NCBI RefSeq assembly: GCF_036321535.1
Contig: NC_087437.1
Location: 35,032,001 to 35,096,000 of the forward strand
DNA: 64,000 nt
Source of the DNA: Camelus dromedarius
Lineage: Eukaryota
Reading direction: 5' to 3'
Shown: positions 11,240-23,856 of the stretch, piece by piece
Position numbering within the stretch: position 1 is the first letter of the stretch
Layout of the letters: each line of letters opens with the position of its first letter
Made by a program: the position numbers and the translations under genes
Notes under the pieces: generated by a model
The model's input: only the letters and a program-made list of their open reading frames with translations
What the model was told of the DNA's origin: nothing
Database searches by the model: none

Positions 11240-13075
11240 TGTCTTGTAAGATTCACATATAGGTGGTTCCTTGGATATGACAAAAAGAATACTGAAGTAC
11301 AATGGTGGAAAGATGGTCTTTTCAGCAAATGGTTCTGGGCCAACTGGATATCCACCTGGACAAAAAATGAATCTTAGCTTCTACTTTGCACCAGAAAAAA
11401 AAAATAAATTCCAGGTGTGTTGCAGATCTAAATGTGAAAGGTAAAATAGCAAATCTTCTAGAAGAGAACATAGGCACCTCAGGGATAGCAAATATTTCTC
11501 CAGCTGGATGCAAACTGCACTAACTACTGAGGAGAAGTTTGATAAATTGTACTAAATGAAAATGAAGAACTTCTCTACACCAAAAAAAAACCCCAAAACC
11601 ACCACTAAGAATGTACAAAGTCAAGTCACACGTTGGGAGAAGACATTTGCAATACATATAGTTCATAATGGACTTTTGTCAAGAATATATAAAAGTTCTC
11701 AAAAATCAATAAGAAAAAGAACACAGTAGAAAAAGGAATAAAAAATTTAATAGGGACTTTACAAAAACAAAAGATATTCTATTGATCAATAAACTTATGA
11801 ACCTGTTCAACTTCCTAAACCATCAAGGAAGGTAAATTCAAATCACAGTATGACAGATAGCACTATAACCAGCAGTGTGCTGGTAAATGTTTGACAACTG
11901 GCTTTCCAGAGGGGAAAAAAACAGTGTGTATTTGTGTGTGTATCACAAATTGACTAGTAATAATAAAATATGCAAAATAACATACACTCTTTATTGTAAA
12001 TTCCATATAGCCAACTGATTCTTACAGAACGCTTTTGCTGATTTTTGCTGAACTCTTGTGTCCATTTCTAAAGTTGTAATTCCACCATGCTTTGATACAT
12101 TTTTTAGCTATTCACAACATATCAGCTACAAACTTAACACTTTTGAGTTTAATCTGTTTATTAGCATTTTCCCTACCACTTTCTTAAGTCAGTAGAAGTC
12201 AACAGAACAATAAATCAAGCCCTGATTAGTAGCATTTCCCAGTTTTCATAGTGTAAATACTTCACTGTGGTTAATTTCAAACTACACACAGGATATTGCT
12301 GAAGACATGCAGAGGAAACCCCATTATTATAGTTATTACCACCATACAGGTACAATTAATGTAAATAATCTTAATAGTGTAAATGATAGTCAGACATAGT
12401 ATAATAATTAGGAGGTGATGAATTTTGAATACCTTTATTTATAAGTTAATTTTTTATAATGATTGTGTTTAACAACCAGCTCTCAACCTTTGGCCTCTGA
12501 GAGCCTGTCTGAGCCAAGTCTAATACACCTTTGAACCTAACAGAATGAAAAGTTAGCCAATACCACGTGAAGCTCTATGATCTGACAATTAATTCCTAGA
12601 TAAAGCTCCAACAGAAATGAACACATGTTCACCGAAGACATGTATAAGAATGTTCATGGCAGCATTATTCATAATAGTGCTGAACTAAAAGCAACCTCGA
12701 AGTCCATCGATAATAGAGTGTAGATAAATAAATCATACTATATTCAGTGAGGATGAACAAACTATTTTTACATGTACCGACATGGATGAATCTCATAAAT
12801 GTAATGTTGAGTGAAATAAGCCAGGCCCAGAGGTATCCATACTGTATGTTTCCATTTATATAAAGTTCAAAAACAAGCAAAAGTCATTGACTGTATAAAA
12901 GTCAGGAGACTGGCAACCTTTTGGGGTCAGGGCACAACGGGGCATCTGGGGTCCTGGTCTTTTTCTAATCAGGTGTGTCCAGGTTGTGAGAATTCATAAA
13001 GTGTACAGCTTAAGATCTGTGTGCTTTTCTGTGTTGCATTTCAAAAAGAATTTACCTTAAAACATTAAAAAAAAC
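11240..13075 (+). mobile_element. Old L1M ORF2 end and 3' UTR, interrupted by a MER63-like hAT element (about 11869-12533)
   Basis: ggtcttttcagcaaatggttctgggccaactggatatcc (L1 ORF2 C-terminal region); ccagcagtgtgctggtaaatgtttgacaac (MER63-type end). Confidence 0.7.
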
Positions 13076-13516
13076 CCACTGCCTTAATGGAGGGAAGAAA
13101 AAACCTGATCTAACTGATAGTCCCAAAGTAAAAGACAAAGTGAATTGGCTAGTTTAATTATACCTGAAGGAGCAGGGGATTAGAAACCAGAAGGTTAAAT
13201 AATGGGGTCCCATTGTCTTACCATGAGACTCTCTGAAAGGCATTTTATTTCTTTTGTGACTCAATCCTTTCTACTACAAAACAGCTGTATTGGTGAATTA
13301 TACAAACCAGGAAATTACTGAAAGACAAAACTTATCAAATCTCTATATTAACCTTAAATTTTTTATGAAGCTGAATTCTGTCAGAAATTAATATATTTGA
13401 AAACTTCTACATTGTCCTTAAAAACATGACTCTAATGTTGAGTGAAGTAGCCTTTTAAAAAGTTTTCAGGGACATAATAACCTTGTTCATTTTTTCCCTT
13501 TGGCCTGGATCCACAG

Positions 13517-16090
13517 AGGGAAGGCAGCTACAAGCTAATAAAATAAAAAAGAAAGGAGTACTTCTCAGTAAAAGATATGGGTAAATGGCTAAATGGCTGT
13601 TGGAAATGGAGTGAGGGCTCCATCAGTCATAAACACAGACGGCAAGTCGAATGATTTTGCTTTCTGCTGAGTAGAAGTTAATTCAATATTATATGTTGCA
13701 GATAAAAGTGTTTGCTGGAGATTATTAATTCCTATCCATCTACACCTAAATCTTCAAATTATTACACTTTTGAAGGTTTTCTCCTTCCATATATAGCATA
13801 TCAAAATATTACATACAAAAAGACATTAGACTCTTGCTACATAAGGACCTTCCTTCTGGAAGCTTTACTGCTACAGCACATTTCACATTTCATAAATTTT
13901 TATGCCTGTTTTGCCCTAGACTTTTCTTTCTATCTGAGTTACTTAGCAGAACTTAGTTTAAGAATTTGTGATATGTGTAAAAGAGTAATCATTTTAGATG
14001 GATGTAATAGAAAGAGCCCTTTCTTAAAGGTTCTTGTGAGCCTTACATTTTGTTCAAGGATGAGAACCATCACTGAGCATCAGTTTCACCATAAATCTAC
14101 CCATCTCCTATGAAAAGGATCTTTAATCAGCCATCAGAGATCTTGGAACTATTTTAGACATTTGGCTCTGCACACCACACCAACTTGACAAATGTCAATA
14201 ATAAGCTCAGATGGACTAAACAACCAGAAGAAGACATCACTTGGGTAAATCAAACACGGTTTACCTATTTAAAGGTGCAGCATGAAGTCGGAGCAGGTAG
14301 GGCATGCGGTAGAGAAATCAGCTCTCATTTCCTATTGACAGTAGTATATCCACTAAGGATCCCTCAAAAGAACCTCACTGGGAGATACCCAGTTGGGGAT
14401 GGTAAGTCTGAGCAAACGACTCTCATATCAGACCTTTCAAAGCTCAGCTGCCTCCTTCAGACCTCGTCTTGCATACAAGGTGCTAAAGCAGCCCAGGATG
14501 TGGTCTCGGTCTTGCTTGGGTACGTGCTGGGGAGAACTGCACCCTGGCCAAGTGTACCTCAGCTATCACAGGGTTGCATGACACACACCAGATTTGCAGA
14601 AGTAGAGTACATAGTACTCATACTCCTAAAGAAACTCCTTGTTCATTACTCTTAACCCCTCCAAGCTAAGACATCTTGGGCTGCATATAATCCTAAATTC
14701 CATGCTGTGGAGCTAGAGTAAGGATCTGTTATGCATATGGCCCTTGGAGTCATGCTAATGCAGCCTTGGACTAGTTCTAGGACCTAATCTACAAGTCCAG
14801 ACTTAATTATGTTGAAAAGGAGTCATGAGATTGAAAAAGGAAAAAGAGACTGCAAAATATCTGCTCCAGACGTAGACTGTCCAATTATGTAGTCACAAGG
14901 CATTGCAAGACAATTTTTCTACATCATTATTTTATATGTGGTTTTATTTTGCTTATTTGTTTTTGCCCTTTAAACTTATGTACTGAGGTATGAGGAGGTT
15001 TATATGTAGTCATCCTTCATCATCTGGGGGCATCCTTTCATCAGGTGAAACATGCATTTGCTTTGGATGGTGTCCTTCCTTTCCACTCAGTTCTGAGTGA
15101 GAGGATGCCAAATTGCAGTGTCTCAATGAAATCCCAGCAACTGGGGCTCATCATTTGGCTCAATCCATGACATTTTAATCAGGGAAGAATTGTTAGATGT
15201 TACACACCTCTGCCTAAAACTTAATCTACCTGCACTGATCTTTCATGCTGAAACACTTACTCATCTTGGGTCATTCTGCTGAGACAAAGAGTTGATTCTT
15301 ATCACAAGCAAAGCTCAAATCCTGGCTTTACCAGCTGCTAGCTTTGTGATCTCTAGTAAGTCCCACAGACTCAAGCTTTGCTTTCTTCATCAGTGAAGTG
15401 GGATTTACCCTACCTCATGGGTTTGTAGTGACAGTTCAGAGAGTGCTTGTAACCTTGCCTAGAACAGTGCTTGACAGAGTCTATGCTCAGTAAATATAAA
15501 TTGAGGCTAAATCTGACAGTTTCGTCTCTTGAAACATAGCATGTGCAAAAACTATTGTCTATAATTTTTACTGCCATGGATGGGTTTTATTGAAAAGCCT
15601 CTAAATTTCAGCAATAAATTAATTGCTAGGGTTTTAGAGGATGAGTTTATTGTGTTTTGAACAGACATAAAAGTGCTTCAGCTAAAAGCATTTCCTTGTA
15701 TGTGAAATTAAGGCTTGCAACCACATGCCAAGCAACTCATGAATAAATATCATATTCTGGGCCACCAATTACCCTCTTGGAAGCTTTTTGAGAAAACTAA
15801 TAACTGTAACCAAGAATTTGTTGAACTCAAGTAAATTTTCACTGAGCTGTTTGATTGCTCAGTCTGTTAGAAGGATTAAAGGTTATTGGAGAGGGGCCGT
15901 CGTTGACACTGCTCCTGATGGACCAGGAAGCAGACTGCCTACATGGTAATGCAGACAAGGAAAATCACTCTATACAGGGATTAAGATTTTAATTGGTTTC
16001 TCAAGGCACTTACAGACTCTATTCAGGAGCTAATTCTGAATTTTAAAAGAATATTTGAAGAGTGCAGTCATGACCACTTAGGGATTTCTA
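13517..16090 (+). pseudogene. Tentative decayed adhesion GPCR (ADGRG2/4/6-like) HormR-GAIN relic
   Basis: Collinear, frameshifted, stop-ridden motifs judged by eye against remembered ADGRG sequences (see findings); not verified by any search. Confidence 0.25.
15315..15500 (+). mobile_element. MIR SINE
   Basis: tcaaatcctggcttt...ttcttcatcagtgaagtggg...cctacctcatgggtt core. Confidence 0.7.
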
Positions 16091-16681
16091 TTTTACATTC
16101 ATAAATATTAATTGACTACATCACCACTGTCTAAAAATAGCCCAATAAATATTTACCAAGAACATCCACCTATTAGACTTCTTAATGCATCCAACCATGT
16201 TAATTTTGGCAATGAATGTGCAAATTACTAAGCCTGTGTAGGGATTCTACACTTGGAAGGGGCAGACGCTGGGGGGGGGTAGGAGGGAGTTCTTTGAAAA
16301 TTAGCAAGAAAGGGACAGGTCTGCAGCTGTCCGTCGGTGGCTCAAACTCTCCCTCCATCTCTAGTTATTGCCCAATCTCCTTCATCTGCTCATGTGATCT
16401 AGGCTCTGCTGATTACAGGTGCCTTCCCTGAACTTCTGAGTTAATGATGCAAAAAATCAAAGACTTCAGGAAGCCATGTGGTAGCCACGTATTCGAGTTC
16501 CTAGGGAGGCAGGGACTGCATTAACTTAACAATGTATGTATTTTTGTTATAAAATTTTATTACAACAGAGATTGAACAATTTTTGCACTAAAAACAATAA
16601 AATATTTTTGTTCTAGCAGGACTGTGTCTTAAAAATGTTAACATTAAATACAAAGAACCATTATTTTATTTGGCTATTAGA

Positions 16682-17544
16682 TACTGAGTTGGAAAAAACC
16701 TATGGTTTTCCTGTGTTTCTTCTTTATTTTCACACTGCTGCCACACTCTTAACACTTCTCACACTTCTGATCACCAAATGTGTTGGCTTTTTTTCCCCAC
16801 ACCAAGCAATGCACCAGGAAACCTGCTGGATTTATGCTTTAACTCAATTCTGGCACCGTCTACCTGGAGATAGTGTCAGATCCCACAGGCTAACGGCTCA
16901 GTCCAACAAGACTGCTCCACCTCACTTCAGATGCCGGTTGGTCTCCATTGGTAGGTCCCCAGGTTACCCACAACTTCTATCCAACTTGGCTACCAGTAGG
17001 AGGTTCTCACAACACCTTGGGTTCTACTAATTTGCTAAAGTGGCTCACAGAACTCAGGGAAACACATTTACCAGTTTATTAAAGCATTTGATGAAGGATA
17101 TAGATGAACAGCCAGATGAAGAGATACATAGGGTGAGGCTTAGGAGGGTCCTGAGCACAGGAGCTTCTGTCCCCATGAAGGAGGTGTGTCACCCTCTCGG
17201 TACGTGGGTGTTCACCCACCTGGAAGCTCTCCCAACACCTCACCATTGGGATTTCATGGAGGCTTCCTCATGTAGGAATGATCAATTATTAACTTCATTT
17301 CCAGCCTCTCTCCCCTGTCTGGAGGATGGGTAGTAGGGCTAAAAATTCCAAAGTTCTAACCATGGCTTGATGTTTCTGGTGACCAGACCTCATGCAGGAG
17401 CCATCCAGAAGCCTCCTCAATAGAGCAAAAGATGCTCCTAGTGCTGTTACCACTTAAGAATTTACCAGGGTTTTCAGAGCCCTGTGTCAGGGATAGGAGA
17501 CAAAGACCGAATCTGTATCTCTTATTATAAATCACAGTATCACA
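16682..17544 (-). mobile_element. MER21-like (ERVL) LTR, near full length
   Basis: Reverse complement starts TGTGATACTGTGATTTATAATAAG, the MER21 terminus as I recall it. Confidence 0.8.
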
Positions 17545-18024
17545 GATATATTTTAAATCTCTTACTAGAGATAGCTTACAAAGAGAATGCAAGATTTCTT
17601 GAAGTTTAAAGGTTGAAGAGCCCCTAAAGGCAAAATCCAATAAAGCAGTTTAGCAGCCTAGAAGGAGTTTAAAGATACTTAAATATCTTAAGACCTGAGT
17701 CAGAATGGGCTTCCTCTCTTTCTAGTTATTGTACAGGTGACCAGATGAAATTATAGTGGAGGAATCACAGTTCAGGCACACAAAAGCAGGGTTGGGTGGC
17801 CATTGAGGATCTGGTCCCAGACATGTCCCTGCACCACTGAGAACCTGTACATTCTTTAAACTGTGCCAGGTCCAAGGACACCACCAGCTGTATTCAGAAC
17901 AAAACTTGCCAACTGCAACCTGATGGGCTCAAGTTCTCTCCTTAGACCTATGCAGACTTTTTGGACCCCAACAAATCCTTACTTATTAAACACCCGTACT
18001 TTTTTCCAGTTCCAATTATAATTC

Positions 18025-18235
18025 TTTTTTCTATTTTATTTTATTTTTTATTGAAACATAGTTGATTTACAATGTTGTGTTATTTTATGGTGTACAGCCT
18101 AGTGATTTAGTTATACATATATATATATTTTTTCGTACTCTTTTTCATTATAGGTCATTATAAGATATTGAATATAATTCCTTGTGGTATACAGTAGAAC
18201 CTTGTTTACCTATTTTATATATAGTAGTTTGTATT
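18025..18235 (-). mobile_element. L1 3' end inside an LTR (LTR at about 17730-18435)
   Basis: Same L1 3' UTR as other copies, poly-T led. Confidence 0.7.
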
Positions 18236-19199
18236 TAATGCTTGATAAACAACTCATGTAATTAACTGTAACTTTGCTGTTTTTGCCTTTACGAGCCTCC
18301 TGGAGTTTGTGGTCTGGCAGAATATCTTTCAAGTGCTTCTTTGGATCTGTGTCTCCTGGGCTGCAGTCCTAACAAACCCTAAATAAACATCTTTTTATTT
18401 CGATCAGGTCTCCATTTCTAAAATTTTGGTTAAAAGTACCTTTACCTTTACCTTTGGTTAACAGTTACCTTTGCTAAGTAACAACCTTTCTGAGCTTCAG
18501 TTCCTTCACCTGGCAAATGGGGATTAATACCCATTTCATAGGACTGTTGTGAAAATTAAATTAAAATGGTAAGTGTAAGGTGTCTGGCTTGTAGCAGACA
18601 AATTAACAAATATTTATTCTTCATTTTTCTTTAAGACTTTAAGATCTAGTTGGGATGATAAGCTATAAACCCATGGAGAGGTAAAAAAAAAAATATCCAA
18701 GGGTTAAGCCACAGTTCACATGCACTAAGGTGGCTGGAGAGGATGATCTTTAATGTCCCTTTCAGCTCTAAACATCGATTTTTCAAGGACAGCTGTATGA
18801 GAAGTGTCGTGGGGCAGTGCATGATGAATTGGCAATTGGGAGGTGCAGACAGTAAGTGCTGTGAGGTCGAAGAAGGGAACGACTGCCCTGGGCTGAAATG
18901 GTTTAGGAAGACCATTAAAAAATTCTGAGCTGTCTGAGCTTGAACAAAAGCCCAATTCAATTAGGAGAGTGACTGGCAAGAGTCTGATTATAATACAAAT
19001 GCAGGCCGAGCTGAGAAGTGTAAGAAACATAAAATATTGTAGAGAAAGAAGAAAGGAAAAGGCAGTATCAGCAATCTGGTTCCTGAAACACACAGAGAAT
19101 ATTAAGCAGCTATCATTCTTTTGATCCCTATAATACTCTTTCATGGTAGGCAAGGTGTATCAGCCCTGCTGAGAATCGCCTGTGAGTGAAGGATCTTTT

Positions 19200-19690
19200 A
19201 GAAATCTGTTTGGTTACAAATAACAGAAAACCTGGCCAGTGGTGGCTTACACAAAGTGGTGTTTTTTTTTCTCTTCCTTAAAGAGAAAGAACTTTATAGG
19301 TGGACAGCCCAGGGTTGGTGTCACCACATAATAACACAGCCAAGACACAGGCTCTTTCTAGCTCTCTTCTCCCTCACCATCCTTGGTTTGATGGGCATCT
19401 GCCTTTATTGCTCTTTGCCTTATGCTCCAGAGATGGCTGCTGTGCCTCCAGGCGTCACAGCTGCGTTCCAGACAGGAAGCAGACAAAAGGGCAAAGGAGC
19501 AAAAAGTGAGGGTGAAAGGGCATACCCACTGAGTTTGTGCCTTTTTATTAAGAAAGCTGAAGTTTTTCTAGAAGAAAGCCCAATAGACTTCCCCTTGTAA
19601 CCTGCTGGCCAAAATTGTGTCTTGTGATTACTCCAAGTGGGTAAAGAGACTGGGGAGAAGGGGGATGTGGAGGGGTTAGTAGCCAACCAA
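19200..19690 (-). mobile_element. MLT1-type LTR fragment
   Basis: tttggttacaaataacagaaaac...ggcttacacaaa...gatggctgc pattern. Confidence 0.6.
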
Positions 19691-19799
19691 TGATGAAAAA
19701 AAAAAGTGTTGAAGCCTTCTGAAAAAAAAAAATTCTATGAAAGATAAAGCCAAGGAGTTGTTTTCCTTAAACAGAAAAATTTACCCTATTTTTAAAGAA

Positions 19800-21010
19800 A
19801 TCAAACTTTAAAAATTTTGTGCTAATTATAGATTCATATGCAGTTGTAAGAAACAATGCAGAAAGATCTCCTGGATCCTTTAACCTGTTCTCCCTCTAAT
19901 GGTAACATCTTGTAAAACTGTATTAATAACAACAAAACAATAAATAAACAATAAATAAAAAACAATACAATAACAACTGGGATATTGACATGGATACAGT
20001 CAAAATACAGGACATTTCCATCACCACAGGAATCCTTCATGCTGTCCTTTTATAGCTACACCTACTTCCCTCCTGCCCTTTGCCTCATTCTTAATTTCTG
20101 GCAATGACTAATCTGTTCTCCAGCTCTCTAATTTTGTCGTGTCAAGCATGTCATATAAATGGAATCATATGGTTTTTCTTCCTTTTCTGATCTGCTTATT
20201 TCATTTCCTTGCCATGTTGCACTGGATAAAACTTCCAGCACCATGTTGAATAAGAGTTGTGAGAGTGAACATCTTCCCCTGTTTGCAGTTTTAGGGGTAA
20301 AGCATTCCATCTTTTACCACTGAGCATGTTAGCTAAGGTTTTTTTGTTGATGCTCTTTATCAAGTTGAGGAAGTTTCCCTCTATTCCTATTTTTCTAAGA
20401 ATTTTCATTATGAATGAGTGTTAAATTTTGTCTAATACTTCTGTGTCAACTGATACAGTTATGTGATTTTTCTTTTTTAGCCTGTTAATATGGTGGATTA
20501 CATTGATTATTTAGTATTGCACCAGGCTTGCATCCCTGGAATAAACTCCGCTTAGTCCAATGGTGTATAATTCTAAGTATATATTGAATTCTACTTGCTA
20601 ACATTTTGTTAAAAATTTTTGAGTTTATATTTATGAGGCTATTGTTCCCCAGTCTTTTGGTACTGTTTTTGTCTAGTTTTGGTATACAGGTAATAAATAG
20701 GTTCATAAAAATGAATTAGGAAGTGTTCCTTTCTCTATTTTTTGGAAAAGATTGTATAGAGTTGATGTTAATTCTTCTTTAAACATTTGGTAGAATTCTC
20801 CATTGAAATATCTAGACCTGCAGACTCTTTGGTGGGGGGAGGTGGGGTTTTTTAAATTGCAAATTTGATTTCCTTAGTAGTTATTGAGTTATTCAAATTA
20901 TCCACTTCATTTTGGGGGAGTTGTGGTATTTTGTGCTTCTTGAGGAACTGGTCTATTTCATCTTAAGTTTTCAAATTTTGCACATACATGTTTTCATAGT
21001 ATTCCCTAAT
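19800..21010 (-). mobile_element. L1 fragments (3' UTR and ORF2 RT region)
   Basis: Minus-strand ORF remnants KILRKIGIEGNFLNLIKSI and KIFNKMLASRIQY are L1 ORF2-like. Confidence 0.85.
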
Positions 21011-21116
21011 CAGTATCCAACTATTTGCCAGTTGTCTAAATCTTCAAGCTATTCAGAAACATTGTATACATCATCAATTTTTCGTTCCTTGTAGAAATTA
21101 CATAGCCAGACAATTT

Positions 21117-21258
21117 TTCAAAGTATTTTTGAGAATCCAATTTTTTGTTCGTTTGTTTTTTAACATTTTCCCCCCTTAATGGAGGCACTGAGAATTGAAC
21201 CTAGGACCTCATGCACACCAAGTGTGTGCTCAACCACTGTGCTATACCCTGCAACCCC
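21117..21258 (-). mobile_element. Vic-1-like SINE
   Basis: Reverse complement of the 10941 element; degenerate TSD TAGCCAGACAATTT (21103) / TAGTCAGACATTTT (21259). Confidence 0.75.
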
Positions 21259-23662
21259 TAGTCAGACATTTTAGAAAGCACTTTTTTCTGACATCTAAAT
21301 TTGCTTACTTACACTACCTGTACATCCCTGGACTCTTCCCTGAAACTAAACTTCAGATTATATAAAATGTCCATATAGTCAAAGGAAGTTTAATTCTAAA
21401 CAGTCTTGGCAGGAAAATTCTCCCCATCACCTCCAGATTGGCTCATCATTACAAGTACAATTTTGATGTCTTTTCCATTCCTGCTACAGTGAAATTAAAA
21501 AAAAAAACAAAAAAAACAGAGCACAAAGCATCTTTGAGATGTTCTAAGAGCAAAAGGTGAGGAGGCTTTTAAGAAAAATGAGACACTGATATGGTAGCAA
21601 TTACTGAAAAGAAGGGTCAGAGCAAAATGTCAGTTTCATATCCTCAAATTCTTGGTTTTTTGAGACCCAGTGCATGTAAACTTTCATTGTTGAAAGTTAT
21701 TATGGTGCATCTAAATTTGTTCATTTCTGTTTTTCCTTTGTTCATCTTGTCTTTTATCATACCTAATAAATTTATCTTTATAAAATATTCCCTCATCTAC
21801 TACTATAGTAGTAGTTCTCTGCCGTCACTAGCATCTAAACCTAGAGGTCAGTGATTACATCTTTGAAAAACTACAGTAGAACATTACAAATTTAATCTCT
21901 GATATTTTGCAGTTTGAAAAAATGGGGACATTTATCAAGTATTAGTATTGTAATTTTTTTTGTCTGTTTTATTTACTGGGATTCTATGTGAGATTTCATT
22001 TGTATTTTTTAAACTTTTTGTCTAAATATAATCACATGTAGACATATGCATAGATGTAATAGCTGAATGAATTTCACAAAATGAACACTCAACTTTTATT
22101 TTGTTTATAATTTATTTATCTTGTAAGTTAATAGTGAAGCAAGATCACAAGTGTGATGTTTCAAATTCTATACATTGGTGTACCAAATACAAACCATTCC
22201 TTGCCACTTAATTCAGTTGCTGGTAATGAGCTTCATGGGAGAATAGCATACCTCCGTCCTTAAGAGCTTTTTGCAGTTACTAAGCTCATCTTTTTCCAGC
22301 TTACTAACATTTCAACATACCTTATCTCTATCAATTCTCACAACAACTTTATGTGGGACAGATTATTACATAGTTTTATAGAAAGAAGGAAACTGAGGCT
22401 CAGAGAGGTGAACAACCCCTTAGGGGCACGGGGTCAATAAACTGCAAATCTTGGACTTGAAGCAAGGCTCTTAGAGCCCAGGTCTTGTATCAGTTCTAGT
22501 AGACAAACTTTTTATGTGGTGCATGCTGTGAAGTGTTTCCCAGATCCCCATGCAGGAGTGAAGGATTAATTCCTCTGAACGACTTGTTCCCCTATTCCTT
22601 CTGCTGACAGAAAGCTCTGAGTTCCACCCACTTCTGGGACTGCCTTGGCTAAAGAGAGAAACCTCACCCAAGGTTACACCTCCTCCCTTGAGCAGTCACA
22701 TCCAATGACTCACCAATAAACAATGGCCCAGCCCCCTCTGGAAAACTGAACAGTCATCTCAGCTTCAGAGCTTCCAGCATTATGGGTGGTGAGACCTCCA
22801 TCAGACGGCAAGGGAGCACTAGTTCTCCCTCTATCCAACAGTGGTTCTGTCCTTCCCTTCTTCAGGTGTTGATTCTTAGAGTCCTCCCTAATAAACCTTT
22901 CCTGAGCTCTCTCCAATCAATGAGATATTGATATCCCACAAGTGCTATCACATTTGATGGTGTGAAAAAAAAGTTACACTATGCATTGGAAAGTTCTGTG
23001 TAGAATTTCATTGATTAACCTATATTAAGTGAGCATTTACTACTTGCTAGGTCTAGAAGTTACTTAAAATTAAAAAAACTCTACTTCTTTTAAAACACTT
23101 ATTCAGCCTGTCTCTAAGAAAGGTATATTATAATCTAAAACAAGAGATAAAAATCAATATTTATATTTACCGTAATTGGTCTTGAAAGAGATTTTATGCA
23201 TTCTGTTGTAAAAAAATTTTTTTTGACGAGTTAGTGGATGATGAATCCGCTGAACCTGTAACTTGCTAGGAGGTCAAAGCCATCTAGTCCTTTTAGGAAT
23301 TCCATTTAAAAACTGAGGTCAAACACACAATTTAAGTTTGTAAAAACAAACTAAAGCTAAGATTTGAATAAGGACAGATACCCCAAATGTAAGGACTATG
23401 GGACAAGAGAACCCATTTTTTTCAAAGTGAGATTTGAGAATTAAATACAAAGTGCAAAATGAGTTTCTCTCTGGTATAATTTGCCAATATTATGTGTCTG
23501 TCCAACCAGTCCTAACAAGCTCATCCAGGTTTCTGGCAGAGACATTCGACACCAAGCACTTACTTCTGACATCTGGAGATCTTAGTACTGATGGGTGAGA
23601 AGTAGGTGGAGAAATATAGGTTCTTCCTACCATAAACATATTTCATTTGTCAAAAGCCTGTG

Positions 23663-23814
23663 GCCTTTCCACGCTAACCAGACTGAGGTTCATATGGCGG
23701 CGTTGTTCTGGGCTCCCCCTTGTAACTTTAAAAAAATTAAATTAAAACATTTTTTTGAAGTTTAATCGGTTTACAACATTGTGTTAATTTCTGGTGTACA
23801 GCATAGTGATTCAG

Positions 23815-23856
<42 letters not shown>

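Noticed and set aside
13222..13317. 96-nt minus-strand segment with good acceptor (ttttgtctttcag) and donor (G|GTAAGA)
   Set aside because: Stop codons in all three frames and no partner exons identified; treated as a chance pseudo-exon, though a lncRNA exon cannot be excluded.
14185..14655. 156-aa ORF as a functional gene
   Set aside because: TTG start, no promoter or poly(A) context; considered only as part of the tentative relic.
15225..15285. Second GPS-like reading (TC...C..HLTHLG.ILL)
   Set aside because: Needs two frameshifts and is out of order with the other GAIN-like motifs; it shows how easily such motifs can be fitted by eye.
18743..18928. Cys/Trp-containing ORF resembling a GPS motif (GGADSKCCEVEE)
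   Set aside because: The DNA looks like a MIR end followed by L2 sequence.
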